From IMG/VR virus record IMGVR_UViG_3300027659_000009, positions 32,001 to 96,000 of that record: a stretch of 64,000 nt of DNA. One strand, written 5' to 3'. The notes under the pieces are model-generated. The model was not told the DNA's origin and made no database searches. It was given only the letters and a program-made list of their open reading frames with translations. Numbering within the stretch: the stretch's first letter is position 1; each line of letters opens with the position of its first letter. Both the position numbers and the translations under genes were made by a program. This DNA comes from a virus. Of the stretch, positions 20,705 to 29,718 are shown one piece after another.

Positions 20705-21052
20705 ATGAATTATAGATATAAAAAAATAGATGAGAAATCAAAAATAATTACCGATGGATTGGGTTGTGGTATTGATGAAGGTATTAGAGAATTAATTGTT
20801 TTATTGAATTATAACAACATTGGGACAACACAATCTTGTTGGGGACATAAAAATTGGGGTGAAAATTTTCCTTGGTTTGATATTGATAGTAGTTATTATA
20901 AGAATATTGAAAATATTATTTTTGATTTGGAAATTGAAATTGAAAAACTCGGTGTTGATACAATACGATTTTATCCAAAGTGTAAAACATTAATAAAGGG
21001 TAGAAAAGAGTTCAACAAGTTAAAAGACAAACTAAAACAAATTAATAATTAA
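20705..21052 (+). CDS. hypothetical protein (ID..I..L...LN...I.T..SC.GH family)
   Basis: IDEGIRELIVLLN..IGTTQSCWGH motif. Confidence 0.6.
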   Translation: MNYRYKKIDEKSKIITDGLGCGIDEGIRELIVLLNYNNIGTTQSCWGHKNWGENFPWFDIDSSYYKNIENIIFDLEIEIEKLGVDTIRFYPKCKTLIKGRKEFNKLKDKLKQINN

Positions 21053-21374
21053 ATATAACTATTGTATCACCGTCCACTTCGATTTTATATTTATCTGGAG
21101 ATAAGTTAGTGTAATAGATTTTTAAATATTCTAACATGTCTCCTTTTTTTTGTGGGACATCTAATTGTCTTATTTTAGATTTTTTATCTTTTGGTTTTAC
21201 CCACTCTTCTATATTAGATTTTTTTGAATTTTTTAAGAAGTCTATTTCGTCAGTAAATAACCATTTTTTACCCTTACCACATTTTTTATAATAAACGGAA
21301 CCACCGATATCTCTAACTTGAAATACACATCTTTCTTTTTCTTCGTTTAAAATATCTAATAATTTTAATGACAT
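21042..21374 (-). CDS. hypothetical protein with leader
   Basis: MSLKLLDILNEE; ATATTTAT on minus strand at 21380-21387. Confidence 0.6.
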   Translation of the reverse strand: MSLKLLDILNEEKERCVFQVRDIGGSVYYKKCGKGKKWLFTDEIDFLKNSKKSNIEEWVKPKDKKSKIRQLDVPQKKGDMLEYLKIYYTNLSPDKYKIEVDGDTIVIFNY

Positions 21375-21547
21375 ATGTAATAAATATTTGATTTTATAAA
21401 TAAGTATCAGTATACTTATATATGAGTTTAACGAAACAGTTATTTGAAAAGAGTAAGATGTACGATGATCGTGAAATTGATCATTATGATATTATTTCTT
21501 ATAACAAAGGTTACGATAAATCATTAAAGAAAAGTTCTTTGAAAAAT

Positions 21548-21915
21548 GGGGGTGTATTGGCTTTGACTTCTCGTAAGAAGAATAGGCGTAAGCGTGTCGT
21601 GGTAGAGCGTTAATCTAAAACAAACAATAGTCGGCAACGATACAAAAATGGGCTTAGCCCTAAACGAAAACATTCTTTTGAATGGTACTGTAGGTACAAT
21701 TGCAAAAGAAGAGGTTGTATTCGCCTAATCGAGTAATACATACAGGTTATTATCTTTTTGAACCTTTATAAATAAGAAGACTGAGGATTAGTTGTTAGTA
21801 AACCGAACAGTGTAATAAGGGAACTGTCTATTTTGTCAATTTAGAAAAATTGACTACACACGTAGAAATCCGTTTGGACATAAGAAGGACGGGGGTTCGA
21901 AACCCCCCACCTCCA
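21548..21915 (+). ncRNA. ssrA: tmRNA
   Basis: GGGGGTG/CACCTCC-A acceptor with G3:U70; 5' GGCTTTGAC; T-arm GGGGG-TTCGAAA-CCCCC; AATAGTC|GGC resume context; tag ORF 21633-21728. Confidence 0.92.
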
Positions 21916-21990
21916 CGCTATAGGTTTCTTTGTTCCTTAAAAACAAAGTGGTGGAACCGTCAGATAGAAATCCTATCGGCCCCAATTTTA

Positions 21991-22020
21991 TAATACCCCC
22001 ATATTTTTTGGGGGTATTTA
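21991..22020 (+). terminator. intrinsic terminator
   Basis: aataccccc...gggggtatt. Confidence 0.65.
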
Positions 22021-22082
22021 TTACTGAATATAAACTTTATTTATTGATTTGACTTTCATTATAAAAACGTTATAATTGTAAT

Positions 22083-22259
22083 ATGGGAAAGTTTTTTAAT
22101 TATCATAAAAGTAAAGATATTTTTTGGTTTAGGTTATTCGGTTACGGAATATCCTTAACAAAACGATTCACATTTAGCCAAAGATACGGTTTAAAAAAAT
22201 ATATTTATCTTTTTGGTTATGTTATAAGTTTTTTAAAACCATATAGTTATCATAGATGA
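22083..22259 (+). CDS. small hypothetical protein (58 aa)
   Basis: ORF after a TTTGAC...TATAATTG promoter; stop overlaps the next start (ATGA). Confidence 0.5.
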   Translation: MGKFFNYHKSKDIFWFRLFGYGISLTKRFTFSQRYGLKKYIYLFGYVISFLKPYSYHR

Positions 22260-22594
22260 AAAAGCGTTTAAAAAAAATAAGTTGGGAGACTAGAAAGTTT
22301 CATTTATTATTTAACTTAATTACTTTAAAGTTAAATGATCACTTTAGTAGTTGGGGTATTAATTTTTTTAATATTATTAAAAATCATAATTCATACTCAC
22401 TATTTTCTTTTGAGTTTAAATTACCAAACAAAACTAACATCCCTAAGTTTAGAGTAACTAAGTGGGATATATTATTTTTAAGGACTCCATTACTTTCAGT
22501 TTATGAGGACTTATGTGAAAAAAATATTTGGGGTGATGATTTATCTCGAATAGATAAAATAAATTTAAAAATTTTAGAAAGATTATTTAGATAA
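22256..22594 (+). CDS. hypothetical protein
   Basis: 112-aa ORF. Confidence 0.55.
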   Translation: MKKRLKKISWETRKFHLLFNLITLKLNDHFSSWGINFFNIIKNHNSYSLFSFEFKLPNKTNIPKFRVTKWDILFLRTPLLSVYEDLCEKNIWGDDLSRIDKINLKILERLFR

Positions 22595-22595
22595 T

Positions 22596-23231
22596 ATGGA
22601 AATAAAATTCGCAGACACATTCAGTAAGAGTTTAAAAAAATTAATGTGGCATGAGAGTAAGATTTATAAATTTTATTCTTTTTTTAGACGTGATATTTGG
22701 CGTTTTATAAAAAACGTATGGAGATTTAGAAAACCATTGTCGAAACACTACTGGTGGGATCATCACGGGACATTAATGTTTATGGAGGTTGGTTTAACCC
22801 ATATGTCTGAAAACATAGAAAAAAAGGGAATAGAAATAGAAATATCAAGGTTGAAAAAGGTTGAGTCTATGAAACGTGCCGTACAGATAATTAAAAATTA
22901 TAATGAGGGTAACTACATTGAAATGGCAGAATCTGAGATTGGGTCATTACACCTTCACGATTGGGAGTTTGAGGAAGTGCCAGATAAACCTAAGTTATCT
23001 AGATTAGTAGAAAAGAATACTGAAGAAGAAGATAAACATAATAGTAAAGTTTTTGAACTGTCCCGTAAAATTGAGGAAAAAGAATGGAAAGAACTATTCA
23101 AAATTTTAAAAGGTCAGGATTATAAAGATTATAAAAAGTTTGAGAAAACTTTAACTGAGGAAGAGAAAAAAGAAACAGATCGATATTACAAATGGTTTAA
23201 TGGTTCAGGACTTAAGGGTTGGTGGGACTAA
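22596..23231 (+). CDS. hypothetical phage protein
   Basis: 211-aa ORF ending GWWD. Confidence 0.65.
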   Translation: MEIKFADTFSKSLKKLMWHESKIYKFYSFFRRDIWRFIKNVWRFRKPLSKHYWWDHHGTLMFMEVGLTHMSENIEKKGIEIEISRLKKVESMKRAVQIIKNYNEGNYIEMAESEIGSLHLHDWEFEEVPDKPKLSRLVEKNTEEEDKHNSKVFELSRKIEEKEWKELFKILKGQDYKDYKKFEKTLTEEEKKETDRYYKWFNGSGLKGWWD

Positions 23232-23544
23232 AATTTTAAAAAATAATATTATGAGTAATATTAAAGAAGATAATAAATTGGCTATGATAGTAATAGTATT
23301 GGTATGGTTTATTTTTATCGGAATTGTTACTTATGTTATAACTATTTAAAAAATAATATGTATATTTGTAAAAAAAAATACTATGCCACCTAAAGATTAT
23401 TACAAAAGAAAGTTTGATAAGATAGTTGATTCTTATATAGAGATGATGTCAGATTTAGATAAAGTTAAAAAATTAGATAGGGAAAGGTTAATTAAATATT
23501 TGGCATTATCCGCATTAGATTATGTTAACAAATACCCCAACTAA

Positions 23545-23727
23545 ATGGTTAGAGTAATTTTCCCACATGAAACTTATTATGATGAAATACTTAATTTCAA
23601 TTGGGATGAATTTAAACCTGTTAAAATTTTAGGTGACTGTGTTTTTGGGTGGTATCAAGAAGTATATGTTTGTGTAAATAAAAATGATTATGAATCAAAA
23701 GACGATAGGACAAATGACGATAAGTGA
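23545..23727 (+). CDS. hypothetical protein
   Basis: 60-aa ORF. Confidence 0.45.
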   Translation: MVRVIFPHETYYDEILNFNWDEFKPVKILGDCVFGWYQEVYVCVNKNDYESKDDRTNDDK

Positions 23728-23969
23728 GGTATATCCTCATTTAAAGGTTATAGCACACGCATATGGTTTGCGTTTAAATAGGGTAAAAGAATTAAAATTC
23801 GCTAGATTAATTTTGTCAAACTTATACTGTAGAGATTTATGTTAAAAAGAATAAAAACAAAATTAAAGAGTTGGTGGAGAAAACACATTATTAATGTTTG
23901 TCCATCTGAATTAGAGGATATTGAGTTTTCCGAAAAATTTAGAAAATAAAAACAAAAAAACATAAAAAA

Positions 23970-24482
23970 ATGGGAATTAAAAAAAGTTTTATTGAGATGA
24001 TTAAAAGTGGGTATCCTGATTTTGATCCACAAAACGACACAGTTGAAATTGAATTTGAAGGTGGTGGAGACTCTTTTGGGTCTTTTTCATATATAGGAAT
24101 CTACCCTCACAAACACAATGAAGGTAGTTTAGATTTGAATGATCATTTGAATCTATTATTTCAAATTTTAGATGAGTCTGGTGTCGAATATAATTGGAAT
24201 AACGCAGGTACTTCTGGTAAGATAGAATACAATATGAATTCTGAACAAGAGATTACTGTTAGTACTATTGTTAGTGAAGAGTATTGGGGTGAAATTTATG
24301 AGGAAGACGAAGAAGATAATAAAATTTGGGATACAACATTAGGTGATGGTTTAGATGATGAAACGAATGAAACCAATCATCAAAACAATGATACCATCTA
24401 TTGGGATGGAACAGTAGAGGGTTCACCTATTGAAACTAATCAAGAAGATATTGATAAATCAAATACTGACACAAATGGCTAA
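23970..24482 (+). CDS. DUF6878-like protein with acidic tail
   Basis: EIEFEGGGDS...WNNAGTSG; paired with a DUF6915-like gene. Confidence 0.5.
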   Translation: MGIKKSFIEMIKSGYPDFDPQNDTVEIEFEGGGDSFGSFSYIGIYPHKHNEGSLDLNDHLNLLFQILDESGVEYNWNNAGTSGKIEYNMNSEQEITVSTIVSEEYWGEIYEEDEEDNKIWDTTLGDGLDDETNETNHQNNDTIYWDGTVEGSPIETNQEDIDKSNTDTNG

Positions 24483-24879
24483 CCCATTAGTACATTCCAA
24501 ATCTTCCGTAAGACTGTGGGGTGGTAATGTAGAAGATTACTTACCACTACATAATAAAATGGATGTCTCTAAAAAATACTTTAGTGATAATAGACATAGG
24601 GTGTTAACCCATAATATGTTTTTCATATTTGAAGTAATGATACCTATATTTGGGGAATATATAACAAACTCTGATGGTAAAACTGTATCAGTTAAAGATA
24701 TATGTGAATACCATATCTTAGAGGATTACGGTAAAAAGTTTATACCTAATGTATCCGATTTTTTACAGGAAATGGAGATTAAATCTTGGATGGCGAATGG
24801 TTTGGGTGAATCACCTTCTTCACAAAAAAAAGTTATCAGTGAAGTGGGGAGAATACATAAGATGGTTTTAAAAGATTAA
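24475..24879 (+). CDS. DUF6915-like protein (start 24475)
   Basis: MANPLVHSKSS..WGG..EDY..LH..MD.SK...D.RHR..THN...HILED. Confidence 0.7.
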   Translation: MANPLVHSKSSVRLWGGNVEDYLPLHNKMDVSKKYFSDNRHRVLTHNMFFIFEVMIPIFGEYITNSDGKTVSVKDICEYHILEDYGKKFIPNVSDFLQEMEIKSWMANGLGESPSSQKKVISEVGRIHKMVLKD

Positions 24880-24881
24880 AT

Positions 24882-25187
24882 ATGTTTGAAGTAATTGGTA
24901 AGGTAACTGTATTGGTTTTATTTTTTTCGGTTATATTCCTCCAATACCTATTAATGATCACAGGTGTGGTAAGAAAAGATTTAAATAAAATAGAAAAAAC
25001 TATTGGTTGGATACCTTTATTACCATTTATATTAATGTTTTTAGTGTTTATTATTTTTATAATTGAAAATATGTGGTACAGTTTTAAAAAATGGTTTGAG
25101 ATTAATTTAGGATGGTTTTTTATTAATGGTAGAAAACAAAATCAGTGGGGTGAATATTTAAGAGACAAATATGGGAATGACAAATAA
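24882..25187 (+). CDS. membrane protein
   Basis: two TM segments. Confidence 0.55.
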   Translation: MFEVIGKVTVLVLFFSVIFLQYLLMITGVVRKDLNKIEKTIGWIPLLPFILMFLVFIIFIIENMWYSFKKWFEINLGWFFINGRKQNQWGEYLRDKYGNDK

Positions 25188-25201
25188 AAAAGGTTAAAAT
25201 A

Positions 25202-25233
25202 TTTGTTTTTATGGAAATTAATAACTATATTTG
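25202..25233 (+). promoter_or_regulatory. Bacteroidota sigmaA-type promoter
   Basis: TTTG-N20-TATATTTG. Confidence 0.7.
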
Positions 25234-25258
25234 TTTACTAAATTAATATAAATATATT

Positions 25259-25423
25259 ATGGGAGTTCCACAAATTATCTTACTAAGTCTTATTGGACTT
25301 AACTTATTAATCTCTTCTTATTTACACGGTAAACCAAAGGAAGGGAATCACAGTGTCTTTGTTTCAATCGTAGGTGTAACAATATATCTAACATTGTTAT
25401 ATTTTGGAGGTTTTTTTGATTAA
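25259..25423 (+). CDS. small membrane protein (54 aa, absent from ORF track)
   Basis: MGVPQIILLSLIGLNLLISSYLHGKPKEG...YFGGFFD. Confidence 0.55.
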   Translation: MGVPQIILLSLIGLNLLISSYLHGKPKEGNHSVFVSIVGVTIYLTLLYFGGFFD

Positions 25424-25425
25424 TT

Positions 25426-26118
25426 ATGAAAAAGAAGATATCATTTATTAGTGATACGCACACCAAACACGAAAAACTAAACGGTTTTTTACCTGGCGGA
25501 GATATCCTTATTTGTGCGGGTGACATATCTAGTAGAGGGTATATTACTGAGATTGAAAACTTTTTAAAGTGGTTTGATAGTATAGACAATTACGACTTTA
25601 AAGTTTTTATCGCAGGAAATCACGATTTTGGGTTTGAAACCGATTATGAAAAACTTATAGGTTTATTGACAGGGTATAAAAATATCGACTATCTTCAAGA
25701 TGAAAGAATGGAACTTTGGGATGGTGAAGATCAACAGTTAGTAATCTATGGAACACCTTGGCAACCAGAGTTTTTTGAATGGGCATTTAATTTACCTAGA
25801 GGTGAAAAGTTAAAAGAGAAATGGGATATGATTCCTGTGGATACGGATATACTTATCACTCACGGACCACCTTTTGGGAAGTTAGATTATGTTCGTTATG
25901 GAAATGAGAACGTTGGTTGTGAAGAACTTATAAAACGTGTTGAGGAAATTAAACCTAAAATTCATATTTTTGGACATATACATGAAGGTTATGGATATGT
26001 GTTTGATGGTAATACTCACTACATTAATGCGGCAGTATTAAATGGTAGATACGAATATCGTAACAAACCAGTTAATGTGATTTGGGATACTGAAACAAAT
26101 GAAATGGAATTCGTATGA
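25426..26118 (+). CDS. calcineurin-like metallophosphoesterase
   Basis: SDTH, AGD, GNHD, THGPP, GHIHE. Confidence 0.9.
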   Translation: MKKKISFISDTHTKHEKLNGFLPGGDILICAGDISSRGYITEIENFLKWFDSIDNYDFKVFIAGNHDFGFETDYEKLIGLLTGYKNIDYLQDERMELWDGEDQQLVIYGTPWQPEFFEWAFNLPRGEKLKEKWDMIPVDTDILITHGPPFGKLDYVRYGNENVGCEELIKRVEEIKPKIHIFGHIHEGYGYVFDGNTHYINAAVLNGRYEYRNKPVNVIWDTETNEMEFV

Positions 26119-26693
26119 AAGTAATATTTTTAGATCATGATGGTGTTATTTGTCTATCCACAGAGTGGGGTGGAAGACATAAGAAACAAAAAAAATGGGA
26201 TGGACGTAAGTTATCTATGTCTATGAGGGATATTCCTTTGGAGTACCGATTTGATAATTTTAATAAGAAATCCATTAAAGTACTTAATGAAATTATTGAG
26301 GAGACAGGTGCGGAAATTGTTATTTCATCTGATTGGAAATTACATGGAACACTTGAAGAACTTAGTAACTACTACGAAAGTCAAGGGATTGTTAAAAAAC
26401 CAATTGCATTAACAACTAATTTAGGACAGTGTACTTGGTACAATGATATGGTATGGGTTTGGTCTCCGAGATGGGATTTAGAAATGACTAGAGTTATTGA
26501 GATAAAACAATTTTTATACGATCACCCTGAGATTACACATTGGGTTGCAGTCGATGACTTGAATATGGGTAAAAATGGTGAGGACTGGAAGGACTGGGGT
26601 TTAGATAATTTCGTATTAACACCTTCATCTGATCAAGGGATTAAACAATCGGGAATCAAAAATAAAATATTAAAATTATTAAAAGGTGAATAA
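26115..26693 (+). CDS. HAD-family phosphatase (Swiss-army-knife RNA-repair type)
   Basis: FLDHDGV, IVISSDW, VAVDD. Confidence 0.8.
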   Translation: MKVIFLDHDGVICLSTEWGGRHKKQKKWDGRKLSMSMRDIPLEYRFDNFNKKSIKVLNEIIEETGAEIVISSDWKLHGTLEELSNYYESQGIVKKPIALTTNLGQCTWYNDMVWVWSPRWDLEMTRVIEIKQFLYDHPEITHWVAVDDLNMGKNGEDWKDWGLDNFVLTPSSDQGIKQSGIKNKILKLLKGE

Positions 26694-26717
26694 AGAAAAA
26701 ATAATGGATAAAAAAAT

Positions 26718-26978
26718 ATGAGTAAGGCAAAATTGGAATTTGATTTAACAGACTTTGATGATAAAATGGAATTTGAAAGATGTAATAAGTCTACTGATAT
26801 GTCTTTTGTTATTTTTGAAATGGTTTATAATATGAAAAAAAGATTATATTATGAATTTGAAGAGAGGGAAGAGAAAGGTGAGAAACTTACAGTATATGAT
26901 GGAATAGATTCAGTTTTTGAAAAATTAAGTGAACAATTATCGGAAAGAGGTATTAATATTGACAAACTTATAATTTAA
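26718..26978 (+). CDS. hypothetical protein
   Basis: 86-aa ORF. Confidence 0.6.
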   Translation: MSKAKLEFDLTDFDDKMEFERCNKSTDMSFVIFEMVYNMKKRLYYEFEEREEKGEKLTVYDGIDSVFEKLSEQLSERGINIDKLII

Positions 26979-26988
26979 AATAAAATAA

Positions 26989-27378
26989 ATGACAGAAGAA
27001 GAAATGAATGATTTTCTAATTTCTATTGGTGGATTAGAAAACGGTTGGAGAACTGATAGTCCACCAATTAAAGATTGTGGTTATTTTGTAGTGGACAATG
27101 GGTGGTTAAAACTTATAAAAGAACTTATAGAAGATTTAATTAAATTGGGTTGGGATAAACAAATAACTCAAGTTAAAGAAAAGTTCGGTGGGTTAAGGTT
27201 CTATATTAATGGTGGTAGTGATGAAATATTTGAAAGAATTACGGAGGCGGAAAATAAAAGTTATGAAATTTGTGAAGTGACTGGTGAACCTGGTACTTTG
27301 AGAACTGACATAGGTTGGTATAGAACTCTTTGTGATGTAGAATATGAAAAAATAAAAAATAGAAAAGATGGAATATAA
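26989..27378 (+). CDS. conserved phage hypothetical protein
   Basis: QVKEKFGGLRFY...ICE..G.PG...GW..TLC motif. Confidence 0.65.
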   Translation: MTEEEMNDFLISIGGLENGWRTDSPPIKDCGYFVVDNGWLKLIKELIEDLIKLGWDKQITQVKEKFGGLRFYINGGSDEIFERITEAENKSYEICEVTGEPGTLRTDIGWYRTLCDVEYEKIKNRKDGI

Positions 27379-27643
27379 TTTTAAAAATAGATACAATGAA
27401 AATATTAGTTTCATTGGTGAAGGTGAGACATTTGAAATGAACGGTGGTGAATATTACAGATACCTATTCAATGTGGATAAAGACGGTAATTTTGAAAGTT
27501 ATCACGCAGTTGATCCTTCTGGCGGACCATTCATTGGTGTGGGAATGGATATGGGTTATATACACGATGATTTAAAAGGTTTGATAGTAGAATCTATAAA
27601 TAGGGTGGAAGAAAAAATAATTTTAAATACTAAAAGAATATGA
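27368..27643 (+). CDS. hypothetical protein
   Basis: VDPSGGPFI motif. Confidence 0.6.
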   Translation: MEYNFKNRYNENISFIGEGETFEMNGGEYYRYLFNVDKDGNFESYHAVDPSGGPFIGVGMDMGYIHDDLKGLIVESINRVEEKIILNTKRI

Positions 27644-28029
27644 GTTACGAAGAATTTTTAAAGGTATTGATGTCTTATAAAAAAATTAATGAGGATATCA
27701 GTGAATTATATGATATAGGATTTGATTTTTTAGAAGGTAAGTATCGTGTGTCAGATAGTGTTAGTATAATGTTTGATGCGGTTTTAGATTCACACTTTAC
27801 TGATGAAGGTGTTGATTGGATAAATTGGTTTATTTTTGAAAATGATTGGGGACAAAAAGATTGGTCTTTGGTACCTACATTTGATAGTGTTACAGGGAAA
27901 ATGGAAGACAATACTGATCCAATGCGTAAATATGGTGCAAAAGATGAGAAAGGTGAACCGATATGTCATTCATTTGAATCAACATATGAATTCGTTAAAC
28001 AATATTTAAAATATAAAACAGATGAATAA
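27640..28029 (+). CDS. hypothetical protein
   Basis: DWINWFIFENDWG. Confidence 0.6.
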   Translation: MSYEEFLKVLMSYKKINEDISELYDIGFDFLEGKYRVSDSVSIMFDAVLDSHFTDEGVDWINWFIFENDWGQKDWSLVPTFDSVTGKMEDNTDPMRKYGAKDEKGEPICHSFESTYEFVKQYLKYKTDE

Positions 28030-28215
28030 ATTAGAATTAACAGATGAACAACTTTTGTTAGAAAGAATACTTAACGCTATGTCAGATAAATTTGATATGA
28101 ATTATGATAAATTGTCTGATGAAATAAAAAAAATGTTTAAAGAAGAAAAAATATAATGAATAAAATTTGGTGGAATGAAAATTATTCGTATCTTTGTCTA
28201 AATAAATCAAAAACT

Positions 28216-28632
28216 ATGAAAAAATTTTTTAAGAGATTATGTAAAAGAATCTATGTGAAGTATACTTTATGGATACATTACAGAGCCTTAGCCCCAAAAG
28301 GGAAGAAGACTCAGAATGAGGCTATTTGTAATGCCATCTGTAGAAAGATGATATCACACAAAGATTCTAAATTTATGATTGCCCCTCTATCTGAGAAAAG
28401 GTACATTAAAAACGCAACACTTAATTTGTTTGTCGTATTTGAGGATCGTCAGGTTAGTATAACTAATCACGTTTACCATTATGATGTAAGATTATGTGAA
28501 AGAGATTGGTATAAACTTATTCGTAGTTATAACGAAAAGACTGAGGATCTTAGAATGGGTTATGAGAATGAGATTAAATCTCAGATAGTTCATTCTTTGT
28601 CTAAAATATTAGATAAAATATCGGAAAAATAA
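28216..28632 (+). CDS. hypothetical protein (likely start 28216)
   Basis: promoter TTTG-N19-TATCTTTG at 28166-28196 lies inside the longer ORF. Confidence 0.6.
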   Translation: MKKFFKRLCKRIYVKYTLWIHYRALAPKGKKTQNEAICNAICRKMISHKDSKFMIAPLSEKRYIKNATLNLFVVFEDRQVSITNHVYHYDVRLCERDWYKLIRSYNEKTEDLRMGYENEIKSQIVHSLSKILDKISEK

Positions 28633-28727
28633 TTATCAAACCTATTGTTTTTCTGAAAAATAGTAGTTATTATTGTAAAAGAAAAAAAGAAAACGTTCTT
28701 TGAATAATATTTAAACCAACGCAAACT

Positions 28728-28799
28728 GCTGCCATCGTCTAACGGTTAGGACCTATGGTTTTCATCCATAAAATCGGAGTTCGATTCTCCGTGGCAGTA
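28728..28799 (+). tRNA. tRNA-Glu(TTC)
   Basis: cloverleaf GCTGCCA/TGGCAGT, anticodon arm TATGG-TTTTCAT-CCATA, TTCGATT; no encoded CCA. Confidence 0.92.
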
Positions 28800-28806
28800 C
28801 AAACAT

Positions 28807-28879
28807 TGCGGGATAGGGAAGTTGGTAGCCCGCTAGGCTCATAACCTAGAGGTCGTAGGTTCGAATCCTGCTCCCGCTA
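28807..28879 (+). tRNA. tRNA-Met(CAT), initiator-like
   Basis: CTAGG-CTCATAA-CCTAG; U1:U72 mismatch; TTCGAAT. Confidence 0.88.
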
Positions 28880-28949
28880 CTAAAATAGTTCTTTGTTTTA
28901 TTGGTTATTACTTTTGATTAGATAAAGTTATATATCATCTTTTAAATTT

Positions 28950-29021
28950 GGCCCCATAGTTCAACGGATAGAACAGTGGTTTTCTAAACCTCTAATCCAA
29001 GTTCGATTCTTGGTGGGGCTA
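28950..29021 (+). tRNA. tRNA-Arg(TCT)
   Basis: GGCCCCA/TGGGGCT; loop TTTCTAA; TTCGATT. Confidence 0.9.
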
Positions 29022-29113
29022 CTAATTACTATGACGAATCCTCCACTAATAATGGGGAATTTTTATTTATAAACATTATTATAATGTGTATACTTATAAA
29101 AAAAACAAAAACT

Positions 29114-29611
29114 ATGAAAAAATTAAAATTACTACTAGTGGTTCTACTACTATTGATCACAACTAAAACATTCTCACAAAATACTTACTTTACCCTTTAC
29201 ATTCTTGGTGCAACCGATTGCCAGTACTCCATTACAGGAAATTGGATTGATACGGTAGGACAACCACAACAAGGGTCTTTGTCCTTTGCTGCTGGAGACA
29301 CATCTTCAACCTTTCAAGATATATGGTATTGTCAAGTGGAGTCAACCAGTACTACGAGTATCTTATCAATTTGTGTTGAACCAGATACACTATGTAATTG
29401 CCCAACGGTTTGTATTCAACAATTACCAATTACACAAGGATCAATTACAATTCTGTTATGTGATAGTATTGTAGGAGTTGAAGAACAACAAATTTTGTCA
29501 TTAATGGATAACAAATACTATGATTTATTTGGAAGAGAAATTAAAGATATATCAAAATACCCAATTAATTCTTTTTATATTAAGAACGGTAGAAAATATA
29601 TTAAAGAATAA
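29114..29611 (+). CDS. secreted Cys-rich protein with signal peptide and T9SS-like C-terminal sorting domain
   Basis: MKKLKLLLVVLLLLITTKTFS|Q; C-terminus YYDLFGREI...FYIKNGRKYIK. Confidence 0.65.
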   Translation: MKKLKLLLVVLLLLITTKTFSQNTYFTLYILGATDCQYSITGNWIDTVGQPQQGSLSFAAGDTSSTFQDIWYCQVESTSTTSILSICVEPDTLCNCPTVCIQQLPITQGSITILLCDSIVGVEEQQILSLMDNKYYDLFGREIKDISKYPINSFYIKNGRKYIKE

Positions 29612-29718
29612 TACATTACACAAATAAAATAATAACTAATCCTACCTTGACAACAAAAAAATATTTTTTTGTTGACAATTAAAATAAATTTAGTTATAAT
29701 TGAATAAAAAATAAACTT

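Noticed and set aside
21422-21613. 63-aa ORF
   Set aside because: Runs through the boxA-like motif and the tmRNA 5' end; more likely precursor leader, though a short peptide is not excluded.
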